Shown piece after piece: positions 1 through 11,094 of a stretch of 35,848 nt of DNA. The DNA lies in assembly GCA_032718475.1 (NCBI GenBank), contig JAUCBJ010006814.1, positions 1 through 35,848 of the forward strand. The letters are read 5' to 3'. The stretch comes from Nemertoderma westbladi (lineage: Eukaryota > Animalia > Xenacoelomorpha). The notes below the pieces were generated by a model. It did not search any database. It saw nothing but the letters and a program-made list of their open reading frames with translations, and was not told where the DNA came from. Both the position numbers and the translations under genes were made by a program. Position 1 is the first letter of the stretch. Each line of letters starts with the position of its first letter.

Positions 1-9
1 AACGGCAAC

Positions 10-3000
10 AATAGGTCATTCTACAGTAGCACATTCTTCTTCCAAAATAGGTCATTCTAGCTCATTCTACTATCTGACTATTTATTAAATAGGTCACTAT
101 ACAGTAGCACATTCTTCTTCCAAAATTGGTCATTCTAGCTCATTCAACTATCTGACTATTTATTAAATAGGTGATTCTACAGTAGCACATTCTTCTTCCA
201 AAATAGGTCATTCTAGCTCATTCTACTATCTGGCTATTTATTAATAGGTCATTCTACAGTAGCACATTCTTCTTCCAAAATAGGTCATTCTAGCTCATTC
301 AACTATCTGACTATTTATTAATAGGTCATTCTACAGTAGCACATTCTTCTTCCAAAATAGGTCATTCTAGCTCATTCAACTATCTGACTATTTATTAAAT
401 AGGTGATTCTACAGTAGCACATTCTTCTTCCAAAATAGGTCATTCTAGCTCATTCTACTATCTGACTATTTATTAAATAGGTGATTCTACAGTAGCACAT
501 TCTTCTTCCAAAATAGGTCATTCTAGCTCATTCTACTATCTGACTATTTATTAATAGGTCATTCTACAGTAGCACATTCTTCTTCCAAAATAGGTCATTC
601 TAGCTCATTATACTATCTGACTATTTATTAAATAGGTGATTCTACAGTAGCACATTCTTCTTCCAAAATAGGTCATTCTAGCTCATTCTACTATCTGACT
701 ATTTATTAATAGGTGATTCTACAGTAGCACATTCTTCTTCCAAAATAGGTCATTCTAGCTCATTCTACTATCTGACTATTTATTAATAGGTCATTCTAGC
801 TCATTCAACTATCTGACTATTTATTAATAGGTCATTCTACAGTAGCACATTCGTCTTCCAAAATAGGTCATTCTAGCTCATTCTACTATCTGACTATTTA
901 TTTATAGGTCATTCTAGCTCATTCAACTATCTGACTATTTATTAAATAGGTGATTCTACAGTAGCACATTCTTCTTCCAAAATAGGTTATTCTAGCTCAT
1001 TCTACTATCTGACTATTTATTAATAGGTGATTCTACAGTAGCACATTCTTCTTCCAAAATAGGTCATTCTAGCTCATTCTACTATCTGACTATTTATTAA
1101 ATAGGTGATTCTACAGTAGCACATTCTTCTTCCAAAATAGGTTATTCTAGCTCATTCTACTATCTGACTATTTATTAAATAGGTGATTCTACAGTAGCAC
1201 ATTCTTCTTCCAAAATAGGTCATTCTAGCTCATTATACTATCTGACTATTTATTAATAGGTCACTCTACAGTAGCACATTCTTCTTCCAAAATAGGTCAT
1301 TTTAGCTCATTCTACTATCTGACTATTTATTAATAGGTGATTCTACAGTAGCACATTCTTCATCCAAAATAGGTCATTCTAGCTCATTCAACTATCTGAC
1401 TATTTATTAAATAGGTCATTCTAGCTCATTCTACTATCTGACTATTTATTAAATAGGTGATTCTACAGTAGCACATTCTTCTTCCAAAATAGGTCATTCT
1501 AGCTCATTCTACTATCTGACTATTTATTAATAGGTGATTCTACAGTAGCACATTCTTCTTCCAAAATAGGTCATTCTAGCTCATTATACTATCTGACTAT
1601 TTATTAATAGGTGATTCTACAGTAGCACATTCTTCTTCCAAAATAGGTCATTCTAGCTCATTCAACTATCTGACTATTTATTAAATAGGTCATTCTACAG
1701 TAGCACATTCTTCTTCCCTAATAGGTCATTCTAGCTCATTCTACTATCTGACTATTTATTAATAGGTGATTCTACAGTAGCACATTCTTCTTCCAAAATA
1801 GGTCATTCTAGCTCATTCTACTATCTGACTATTTATTAATAGGTGATTCTACAGTAGCACATTCTTCTTCCAAAATAGGTCATTCTAGCTCATTCAACTA
1901 TCTGACTACTTATTAAATAGGTCATTCTACAGTAGCACATTCTTCTTCCAAAATAGGTCATTCTAGCTCATTCTACTATCTGACTATTTATTAAGGTGAT
2001 TCCACAGTAGCACATTCTTCTTCCAAAATAGGTCATTCTAGCTCATTCAACTATCTTACTATTTATTAAATAGGTGATTCTACAGTAGCACATTCTTCTT
2101 CCAAAATAGGTCATTCTAGCTCATTCTACTATCTGTCTATTTATTAATAGGTCATTCTACAGTAGCACATTCTTCTTCCAAAATAGGTCATTCTAGCTCA
2201 TTCAACTATCTTACTATTTATTAAATAGGTGATTCTACAGTAGCACATTCTTCTTCCAAAATAGGTCATTCTAGCTCATTCAACTATCTGACTATTTATT
2301 AAATAGGTGATTCTACAGTAGCACATTCTTCTTCCAAAATAGGTCATTCTAGCTCATTCTACTACCTGACTATTTATTAATAGGTCATTCTACAGTAGCA
2401 CATTCTTCTTCCAAAATAGGTCATTCTAGCTCATTCAACTATCTGACTATTTATTAAATAGGTGATTCTACAGTAGCACATTCTTCTTCCTAAATAGGTC
2501 ATTCTAGCTCATTCTACTATCTGACTATTTATTAATAGGTCATTCTACAGTAGCACATTCTTCTTCCAAAATAGGTCATTCTAGCTCATTCAACTATCTT
2601 ACTATTTATTAAATAGGTGATTCTACAGTAGCACATTCTTCTTCCAAAATAGGTCATTCTAGCTCATTCTACTATCTGACTATTTATTAATAGGTCATTC
2701 TACAGTAGCACATTCTTCTTCCAAAATAGGTCATTCTAGCTCATTCAACTATCTGACTATTTATTAAATAGGTGATTCTACAGTAGCACATTCTTCTTCC
2801 AAAATAGGTCATTCTAGCTCATTCTACTATCTGACTATTTATTAATAGGTGATTCTACAGTAGCACATTCTTCTTCCAAAATAGGTCATTCTAGCTCATT
2901 CTACTATCTGACTATTTATTAATAGGTCATTCTACAGTAGCACATTCTTCTTCCAAAATAGGTCATTCTAGCTCATTATACTATCTGACTATTTATTAAA

Positions 3001-4580
3001 TAGGTGATTCTACAGTAGCACATTCTTCTTCCAAAATAGGTCATTCTAGCTCATTCTACTATCTGACTATTTATTCAATAGGTCATTCTACAGTAGCACA
3101 TTCTTCTTCCAAAATAGGTCATTCTAGCTCATTCTACTATCTGACTATTTATTAATAGGTGATTCTACAGTAGCACATTCTTCTTCCAAAATAGGTCATT
3201 CTAGCTCATTCTACTATCTGACTATTTATTAATAGGTCATTCTACAGTAGCACATTCTTCTTCCAAAATAGGTTATTCTAGCTCATTCTACTATCTGACT
3301 ATTTATTAATAGGTCATTCTACAGTAGCACATTCTTCTTCCAAAATAGGTCATTCTAGCTCATTATACTATCTGACTATTTATTAAATAGGTCATTCTAC
3401 AGTAGCACATTCTTCTTCCAAAATAGGTGATTCTACAGTAGCACATTCTTCTTCCAAAATAGGTCATTCTAGCTCATTCTACTATCTGACTATTTATTAA
3501 TAGGTCATTCTAGCTCATTCTACTATCTGACTATTTATTAAATAGGTCATTCTACAGTAGCACATTCTTCTTCCAAAATAGGTTATTCTAGCTCATTCTA
3601 CTATCTGACTATTTATTAATAGGTCATTCTACAGTAGCACATTCTTTATTAATAGGTCATTCTACAGTAGCACATTCTTCTTCCAAAATAGGTTATTCTA
3701 GCTCATTCTACTATCTGACTATTTATTAATAGGTCATTCTACAGTAGCACATTCTTCTTCCAAAATAGGTTATTCTAGCTCATTCTACTATCTGACTATT
3801 TATTAATAGGTCATTCTACAGTAGCACATTCTTCTTCCAAAATAGGTTATTCTAGCTCATTCTACTATCTGACTATTTATTAATAGGTCATTCTACAGTA
3901 GCACATTCTTCTTCCAAAATAGGTTATTCTAGCTCATTCTACTATCTGACTATTTATTAATAGGTCATTCTACAGTAGCACATTCTTCTTCCAAAATAGG
4001 TTATTCTAGCTCATTCTACTATCTGACTATTTATTAATAGGTCATTCTACAGTAGCACATTCTTCTTCCAAAATAGGTCATTCTAGCTCATTCTACTATC
4101 TGACTATTTAATAAATAGGTCACTATACAGTAGCACATTCTTCTTCCAAAATAGGTCATTCTAGCTCATTCAACTATCTGACTATTTATTAAATAGGTGA
4201 TTCTACAGTAGCACATTCTTCTTCCAAAATAGGTCATTCTAGCTCATTCTACTATCTGGCTATTTATTAATAGGTCATTCTACAGTAGCACATTCTTCTT
4301 CCAAAATAGGTCATTCTAGCTCATTCAACTATCTGACTATTTATTAATAGGTCATTCTACAGTAGCACATTCTTCTTCCAAAATAGGTCATTCTAGCTCA
4401 TTCAACTATCTGACTATTTATTAAATAGGTGATTCTACAGTAGCACATTCTTCTTCCAAAATAGGTCATTCTAGCTCATTCTAATATCTGACTATTTATT
4501 AAATAGGTGATTCTACAGTAGCACATTCTTCTTCCAAAATAGGTCATTCTAGCTCATTCTACTATCTGACTATTTATTAA
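10..4580. repeat. Tandem satellite, 77-78-bp unit (AATAGGTCATTCTACAGTAGCACATTCTTCTTCCAA-AATAGGTCATTCTAGCTCATTCTACTATCTGACTATTTATT[A]), roughly 59 unit lengths
   Basis: Unit starts at 10, 88, 166, 243, 320 and so on. The unit is a dimer of two AATAGGTCATTCTA-initiated subrepeats (36 + 41/42 bp), and occasional units lack one subrepeat. Confidence 0.98.
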
Positions 4581-4623
4581 ACGCAATAATTTTTATTGTC
4601 CGTTTAAATCACTCATGATGTCC

Positions 4624-4824
4624 TTTTTTTGACTTTTTATGTCCTCCAGAAATTTACCGTTAGGTTCCATACTACCGGTTTCTCTACTATGCTGTTCTCT
4701 CGGGCTTTCAGTACCGGTATTAGTTTTTTTTTTACTTTTTATGTCCTCCAGAAATTTACCGTTAGGTTCCATGCTACCGGTTTCTCTACTGCTGTTCTCT
4801 CAGGCTGGCTATCAGTACCGGTAT
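4624..4824. repeat. Two-copy direct tandem duplication of ~100 bp
   Basis: ACTTTTTATGTCCTCCAGAAATTTACCGTTAGGTTCCAT..TACCGGTTTCTCTACT..GCTGTTCTCTC occurs at ~4632 and ~4734. Confidence 0.9.
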
Positions 4825-4971
4825 TAGTATATAGAGCACTATTTTGCAGTATTCCATGTACAGATGTAGGTATAAAGCAGGTATTTTAATTCCGGTACCG
4901 GCACCGGTACTGCTATAGGCCTACTGTGTAGCCTACCATTTAAATACGGTACTGGCCTACCGGCTGACCGG

Positions 4972-5339
4972 TTGTTTTGGTTAGAAAATCCCGCCTCTGT
5001 AACGCTCCTTTCCCTGATTTGGTAAAGTGACCGTTTATTGTTTTGGTTAGAAAGGCCCGCCTCTGTAACCTGCTCCTTTCCTTCATTTTGTAAAGTGACT
5101 GTTTATTGTTTTGGTTAGAAAATCCCGCCTCTGTAACTTGCCCCTTTCCCTCAATTAGTTAAATGATCGTTTATTGTTTTGGTTAGAAAATCCCGCCTCT
5201 GTAACATGCTCCTTTCCCTCAATTAGTTAAGTGATCCTTTATTGTTTTGGTTAGAAAATCCCGCCTCTGTAACCTGCTCCTTTCCCTCAATTAGTTAAAT
5301 GATCGTTTATTGTTTTGGTTAGGAAATCCCGCCTCTGTA
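4972..5339. repeat. 68-bp minisatellite, ~5.5 copies (core CGTTTATTGTTTTGGTTAGAAAATCCCGCCTCTGTA)
   Basis: TTTTGGTTAG recurs at 4975, 5041, 5109, 5177, 5245 and 5313 (period 66, then 68). Confidence 0.95.
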
Positions 5340-5936
5340 CGGTGGTGATTTCCGGCCATTTACTAACTTTATCGACTATTTTTTTTATTTTTTTTCGAAA
5401 GTAAGTATTTTTTTCATTTTTTTCAAAAGTAAGTATTTTTTTCATTTTTTTGAAAGTATTTTTTTCATTATTTTCAAAAGTAAGTGCCTTTTTCTTTTTT
5501 TTTTCGAAAGTAAGTATTTTTTTCATTTTTTTCAAAAGAAGTATTTTTTTCATTTTTTTGAAAGTATTTTTTTCATTTTTTTCAAGGATTAAGGATTTTT
5601 TTCATTTTTTTAGAAAATTTTTTTCATTCTTTATGTAGAGATTTCAGGCTTTCCGTTTCATTTTCTATTCAAATGCTGTAGAGTAATGTGGTAATGTACA
5701 GTACATCAGTGGGACTAGGCCCTTTTCACTGTGCCATTATTGCTGTGTTCCGGTCTGGTAGTAGGCATATTACTGTATTACTGTATTTGTTTTGTTTACG
5801 TGCCTGTCAGTAACGAATAGGTCGTTCCTGAAAAAAATGTAATAATTCCAGTTTCGAAAAAAATGAAAAAACTACTTTTGAAAAAAATGAAAAAAAAAAT
5901 ACTAAAAAAGTAGTAAATGGCCGGAAATCACCACCG
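5340..5936. mobile_element. Non-autonomous DNA transposon (MITE), Tc1/mariner/pogo-like, TA-flanked
   Basis: Perfect terminal inverted repeat CGGTGGTGATTTCCGGCCATTTACTA (5340) / TAGTAAATGGCCGGAAATCACCACCG (ends 5936), with TA on both sides. T-rich subterminal repeats on the left are mirrored by A-rich copies on the right. No real coding capacity. Confidence 0.85.
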
Positions 5937-5940
5937 TACA

Positions 5941-6005
5941 AAATAGCTCATTCTACTATCTGACTATTTTATTTAGTCATTCTAGTTCTAGATCATTCTA
6001 CATTT
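5941..6005. repeat. Degenerate fragment of the 78-bp satellite monomer
   Basis: TAGCTCATTCTACTATCTGACTATTT followed by further TCATTCTA motifs, matching the satellite at 10-4580. Confidence 0.8.
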
Positions 6006-6212
6006 TAGTATTTACCAACAGTCAGTATAGAGCCTATACTGTCAGATTGTCTGACTATACTGACTATACTGTCAGACTGTCTGACTGACTGTACTACTGT
6101 ACTACAGTCTACATATTCGTCATGGTGTACGGTACGTACTACAGCTGTACAGCGATATACTGATATACCGGCCGGTACTACCAACTACGTATTACACTGT
6201 CAACTGTTGCAG

Positions 6213-6248
6213 TACTAACTAAACTTTAACTGTTTAACTACCAAACAG
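6213..6248 (+). promoter_or_regulatory. Putative 3' splice acceptor (branch point plus CAG) just upstream of the MED14 start codon
   Basis: Canonical TACTAAC at 6213-6219, an AG-free spacer, CAG at 6246-6248 and ATG at 6260. Confidence 0.45.
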
Positions 6249-6259
6249 ATTTCAAAATT

Positions 6260-9200
6260 ATGGCCACATCTTCAACATCGAATCATAACATGATATCTTT
6301 AGAGACTTTGTTAGATTTTGCGGTGCAAAAGACATACCACGAACTAACGCTACTGGCAGAGCTGCTACCGAGGAACACAGACTTGGAGCGGAAAATAAAG
6401 ATCGTTCAGTTCGCAGCTCGAACCCGCCAGCAGTTTATACGACTGTTGGCGCTGGTTAAGTGGGTCAACAGCGCCGGTAAAGTCGATAAATGTCGGGCCA
6501 TCGCTTCCTTCTTGGACTACCAGGCGCATCTGCTGGTGGACACCGCAGACCGTCTTGCTATTCTGTCCCGGGAAATTCTTCCAAAAGCTAAACTCCCTGC
6601 GTTTTCTGTCAGCACAGCGGTCGATGTTTTAACCACTAAATCATTCCCGCGACTCCCTATGTGTATCAGAGAGAAGATACTACCGGATGACCCGATAGCA
6701 GTGGACGAGAGAGAGACCGTCCTCAAGCGTTTAGATCAGGTTATTCAATACAGAATAGTGACGTCAGACATCCCTCCCCAGCTGTCCAATCTGCGAATCG
6801 ACGGCGGGAAAGTTACTCTCATTGTGGACGATGAGTTTAAGGCGACGCTAACACTTATGGGAGACGAAATTAACATGCCATGGAGGTTGTTGTGGATCGA
6901 TATTCTAGTGAAAGATAAAATAACCGGAGAAGGCGATGCTTTAGTTCATCCGTTGCAGGTTAAGTACATCCACGATCTAATCCAGACGCAGTTAGTGGAG
7001 AGTAAGAGGCCGCTGGAGTCTTTATACACCAGTCTACACTGGTTCTGTCAATGTTTGCAACTGGAAGTGCTCCGTTTCCAGGCTCAACGACTTTCCTTGA
7101 CCTTGTGGGGACAGGCGATCGTTCTAGAAGGCTACATCCCCGGGGTCATGTTGAAAGTATCTTATTGGCGCGAGAAATCACGTGAGAAGAAGCCGGTTCT
7201 ATGGGCCCCCAATTCGCTGAAACAATACACTATAACGGTGAGCCAATCAGCGACGGACACGTCGTTACCTCTACAGGTGACTCACTCGCCCCCGCTGTCG
7301 GAGTCCGGGTTAAGTAAATTCGGATTGTCTAACAACCTGTCGTTGGAATGTTTACTGGTTCTAACGACCCAATCCCGGTCGATTCAACTACTAAACGAAC
7401 TCAAAGAACATCTTAACAAACTATCTCCGGATGTTGTTTCCCGGGTGTCGCTCAACCCTGCTCTCCTTACTATCGAGTGCCTCTTCCCTTCCTCCGACCT
7501 GGAGACCCTAGGTGTCTCAGTGGACCTGCAGACCGGCCTCTTTACCTGTAACGCCCCGCAACTTAGCGACGCGGTTATAGAGGAGTTAGAAAATTGTTTG
7601 AACTCTGGTAGTGGCGAGTTCCCTCCTCTGGTATCCCGGATCCGAACAAGCCTGACTCTCAGTCGCATACAATCTAGCGTGCAACACCTACCGGTTGTCG
7701 TCCTCAATAACCTTCCGCTAAAACCGGTCCTAGACCACCCCATCAATAAACTAAACAACAACAAAGTATTTATTAAACTGGTTCGCGCCTCGTCTTACTA
7801 TCTGATCGTGGAACTATCGGAGAACGGACCAGAGATTCTCTACTCCTACTATATCGTCCACACTAAACCCGACGTGGACGAGAGGACATCCTTGCTGATC
7901 CCGTTGGCGTTACTCAAACTCTGTCCACCCTCGGTGAAACTTATACCCGTTGACTCATGTAACAAAGTATCACCCGCCTCCACCCTATTGGCTAGCAGTG
8001 GTTGTTTAGGAGGCAGCGGGGAAGGGTTTCTACCAATCCCGGACCTTATTGAGTTGGTTATCCAATGCGATTCGCGTCTCCTTTACGTTCATCTCGCCGA
8101 TGAGCTCACCAATAAGGACTTACCCTACCAGCTGTGCAGCGACGACCTCACCGATACGTATTGCAACGTCGCGATCACTCGACTTCGCGATATCGATCTC
8201 GTGTCGCCCGTCGATAACCGCGTATTGCAACACGAGTTGCTGCATTGCAACCTCCGTCTGCACAATAAACCGCAGCAGTGCTGGTCGGTTGAGTTGAGGT
8301 TCCGCGCGCATCCGCTCGCCGCCGCTGACACTCCGATATCCTCGGTACGGGATCCTCCCTCCACGACGACCCGTATAGACCCGCCCGTCAGTGCCGAACC
8401 CGAGCCAATGGCCGTAGATTCGCCCCCACCGACTCCACAAAGGATAGTAGATCCGTCGTCCCAGACAGACGACCAACCTCCGGCCCAATCGGAAGCCAAA
8501 GAATGCTCCCTAAACGACGAACAGCTGTTCCCATCGTCTAGACAGAATATCAGCCAATCCCTCACGGACGGACAGCTATTCCCTTCCTCCGCCGTGGCCC
8601 CTGCTGACCAATCGATCTCCCCCAGTGACCCAGTCCCACAACCCGACGGCCAATCAGCTTCCCCCATCGCCCAACCTACCGGTAGCAACCGGAACTCCCC
8701 AACGGCTCCCAAATGCTTCCCGGTTTCCACTCACCTCTTGTACGACATCCCGAGTAGCGCCCGCATGGAGGGCGTCGTCCAGGACTTCCTCCAGGACTGG
8801 GAGTCCATATCCATGCTCTACATACTGGTCCGTGACTTTGCCGCCCAAAGTAAACCCTATTCCCATATATTCAGCATCCACGAATACAACTACAAAACAG
8901 TATATATTCATTACGGACAAAATAAATCCAGTTCTGTGGCTATTTCATACAACCCAAAACATCGTCGTTTTATTATCAATCTGGCGATCGTCGGCTCCAA
9001 CAGTTCGGCCAACGCCCACACCTTGGTCCTTCAGCAACTCCAAACTGAGTTGAATCAACATAAGAGTTTAATGCGGTTGCTGTTGGTTCTAACTGAGACG
9101 CAGAGTCCGTTGCAAGCCATCGCTAAACTCCCGAGTATGCCGGTGCTCGGGCTGGTTAGCAAACCGTCACTCCCGTTGCAGAACTTCTCGATACTCCCCC

Positions 9201-10978
9201 AGTCCAGTGGTCACATCCGGGTCATCTACCGCAATCTCTACTGCCTTGATATATACTGCAGCATGCGGGGTCTCGTTGCTATTAGAGACGGCGCTTACAG
9301 TTTGTTCGAGTCCAATAGGATTCTGTGTGACGTCAGCCCATGTCCCGGACTCAAACAATTCCTTTCGTTTTTTGTCGACGAGGCGGATATTAAGAGACGC
9401 CGGGCAGCCGACGATGGGCCCACGGCCGTCGACACCGCCGATATGGTGTCTCGCTACCGTCCGCTAATGGCGCGCAGTCTCTCGGTGGATGGACCACGGC
9501 AACCGGGGTCACCTCGCTGCGGGTTGCTTAGCAACCCCGCGACCCCGGCGAGTCCCTACCCCGGGGCCAGGACGCCTCTAGCGGCGCCCACGGCACTGGT
9601 GGCCCCTAGTCCGGCCCCCGTGAGTCTGAGTTCCCCGGCCCCGGTATCCGAGGCCACCCCTGTGGGTCCCGGTGGGTGCTGGCCCGGGTACACGGCTCAC
9701 ACACCCAGCGGCTCGGCCCAGCCCAGCCCAGGTAACTTCTCCAGCCCCCTCCCGGGACCCCCCGCCAACCCCTTTCCCTCCCCCATGGTCGCCCCTCCCC
9801 CCTCTATGGTGGACCGCAGCCCCTTCCCTCCCGGTGGTCCCCCTGTGGTGGACCGCAGCCCCTTCCCCCCCGGTGGTCCCCCTGTGGTGGATCGCAGCCC
9901 CTTCCCGCCAGGGGGAGCCCTCCCCGAGAGGAGTCCCTACATGGCGGGAGCCTTTTTGGACAGGAGCCCCTATCCCGGGGGCGGGTTCCCCCCGGATCGC
10001 AGCCCCCATCCCCCTAAACCCCGGAGCCCCCGTGTAAGCGGGGGGCCGCCAGACTTCAGCCCGTCGGTACAGAGTCCAGCCCGCCCCCCGCCGCGCTGGC
10101 CCCCTCAACGCAGTGTCCCCTCCACCATACCCACTCTGATGTCCCACGAATCCTTCCACACACTCCTAACACCCTGCACCCCCTCGGACACCCTAGCAGT
10201 GACCGGGACCTACTTGTGTCGACCTCTAGAACGATTCTTGGGCAGCTTGTTTATACGGCGCCATCTGACGCACGTTATACGAACTGAAGATAGCTTAATT
10301 TATGTTCAAACTCCAAACGAGAAGGAAGTCATACAATTTAAGGTTGAGACTCTTCAGTGTCGTGTGGCACTTTCACCGTCTAACATGCAGTGTTTGGTAA
10401 TGAGAGTTAATTCTTTGCCGGAATATACTGATCTTTGGTCATCAGAAGAACTGCAAATCGTTCAAAAATTCTTCATTACAAAAGTTGCTTGTCCACCTTT
10501 CAAAACTAATGCACTAACTAGCTTCGCTAGACTCCTAGCAGCTCCTGTTAAAGTTCTCAAGGATTGCATTCAGATAATGCGTATGGAACTGATGCCGACC
10601 AGTGTTACCAACGTTAAGTGGCAGGTCAAGTGGTGCCTCACAGTGCCGCCTAACGCGCCACCCATAGCGGCTCCCGGGACCGCCGCTATCGTTATAAAGA
10701 ACCGGATGCTGTTTATCCTGCAATTGACGCGGAACGCCCCTCCGCTAGAGGGCCAGGCCCAGTCTGTGGTGGCCCCCATAGTCTACGACGTCGTATCCAA
10801 CTGCGTATCCATCGCGGAGAACCCCAGGGTCTCTATGGTTACCAGCAACACGGCCTGCAGTGTCGTCAGCAATATGTTGAAGAACTTTATGGAATGGCGA
10901 ATGTTGAACGGTCAACATTCAGATTGCAGTATATTGCCCAGCGTTAAAGAACTTATGAAAAACCTTAATGTATTATAA
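6260..10978 (+). CDS. MED14: Mediator of RNA polymerase II transcription subunit 14 (1572 aa, single uninterrupted ORF)
   Basis: The N-terminal Med14 domain (YHELTLLAELLPRNTDLERKIKIVQFAARTRQQFIRLLALVKW) and C-terminal blocks (PLERFLGS..IRRHL, KVACPPFKTNAL, WQVKWCLTVPPNAPPIAAPGT, MLFILQLT) match metazoan MED14 as I recall it. GC content is higher than in the flanks. Confidence 0.96.
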   Translation: MATSSTSNHNMISLETLLDFAVQKTYHELTLLAELLPRNTDLERKIKIVQFAARTRQQFIRLLALVKWVNSAGKVDKCRAIASFLDYQAHLLVDTADRLAILSREILPKAKLPAFSVSTAVDVLTTKSFPRLPMCIREKILPDDPIAVDERETVLKRLDQVIQYRIVTSDIPPQLSNLRIDGGKVTLIVDDEFKATLTLMGDEINMPWRLLWIDILVKDKITGEGDALVHPLQVKYIHDLIQTQLVESKRPLESLYTSLHWFCQCLQLEVLRFQAQRLSLTLWGQAIVLEGYIPGVMLKVSYWREKSREKKPVLWAPNSLKQYTITVSQSATDTSLPLQVTHSPPLSESGLSKFGLSNNLSLECLLVLTTQSRSIQLLNELKEHLNKLSPDVVSRVSLNPALLTIECLFPSSDLETLGVSVDLQTGLFTCNAPQLSDAVIEELENCLNSGSGEFPPLVSRIRTSLTLSRIQSSVQHLPVVVLNNLPLKPVLDHPINKLNNNKVFIKLVRASSYYLIVELSENGPEILYSYYIVHTKPDVDERTSLLIPLALLKLCPPSVKLIPVDSCNKVSPASTLLASSGCLGGSGEGFLPIPDLIELVIQCDSRLLYVHLADELTNKDLPYQLCSDDLTDTYCNVAITRLRDIDLVSPVDNRVLQHELLHCNLRLHNKPQQCWSVELRFRAHPLAAADTPISSVRDPPSTTTRIDPPVSAEPEPMAVDSPPPTPQRIVDPSSQTDDQPPAQSEAKECSLNDEQLFPSSRQNISQSLTDGQLFPSSAVAPADQSISPSDPVPQPDGQSASPIAQPTGSNRNSPTAPKCFPVSTHLLYDIPSSARMEGVVQDFLQDWESISMLYILVRDFAAQSKPYSHIFSIHEYNYKTVYIHYGQNKSSSVAISYNPKHRRFIINLAIVGSNSSANAHTLVLQQLQTELNQHKSLMRLLLVLTETQSPLQAIAKLPSMPVLGLVSKPSLPLQNFSILPQSSGHIRVIYRNLYCLDIYCSMRGLVAIRDGAYSLFESNRILCDVSPCPGLKQFLSFFVDEADIKRRRAADDGPTAVDTADMVSRYRPLMARSLSVDGPRQPGSPRCGLLSNPATPASPYPGARTPLAAPTALVAPSPAPVSLSSPAPVSEATPVGPGGCWPGYTAHTPSGSAQPSPGNFSSPLPGPPANPFPSPMVAPPPSMVDRSPFPPGGPPVVDRSPFPPGGPPVVDRSPFPPGGALPERSPYMAGAFLDRSPYPGGGFPPDRSPHPPKPRSPRVSGGPPDFSPSVQSPARPPPRWPPQRSVPSTIPTLMSHESFHTLLTPCTPSDTLAVTGTYLCRPLERFLGSLFIRRHLTHVIRTEDSLIYVQTPNEKEVIQFKVETLQCRVALSPSNMQCLVMRVNSLPEYTDLWSSEELQIVQKFFITKVACPPFKTNALTSFARLLAAPVKVLKDCIQIMRMELMPTSVTNVKWQVKWCLTVPPNAPPIAAPGTAAIVIKNRMLFILQLTRNAPPLEGQAQSVVAPIVYDVVSNCVSIAENPRVSMVTSNTACSVVSNMLKNFMEWRMLNGQHSDCSILPSVKELMKNLNVL

Positions 10979-11088
10979 GTGTAATTTAATTTGGATTCTA
11001 TGTATAATTTGGTATATATTATACCAAAATGTATATTATATTTATGCGGCTTCAAAAATTAGTTATTATTCATCCGTCATTATGTCAA

Positions 11089-11094
11089 AATAAA
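11089..11094 (+). terminator. Candidate polyadenylation signal for MED14
   Basis: AATAAA ~110 nt after the stop codon. The context is AT-rich, so specificity is low. Confidence 0.4.

Noticed and set aside
5287-5638. Lys-rich and Phe-rich ORFs
   Set aside because: Translations of the MITE's T/A-rich subterminal repeats.
6517-10779. Short antisense and alternate-frame ORFs overlapping MED14
   Set aside because: Shadow ORFs of a GC-rich CDS with no recognisable motifs.
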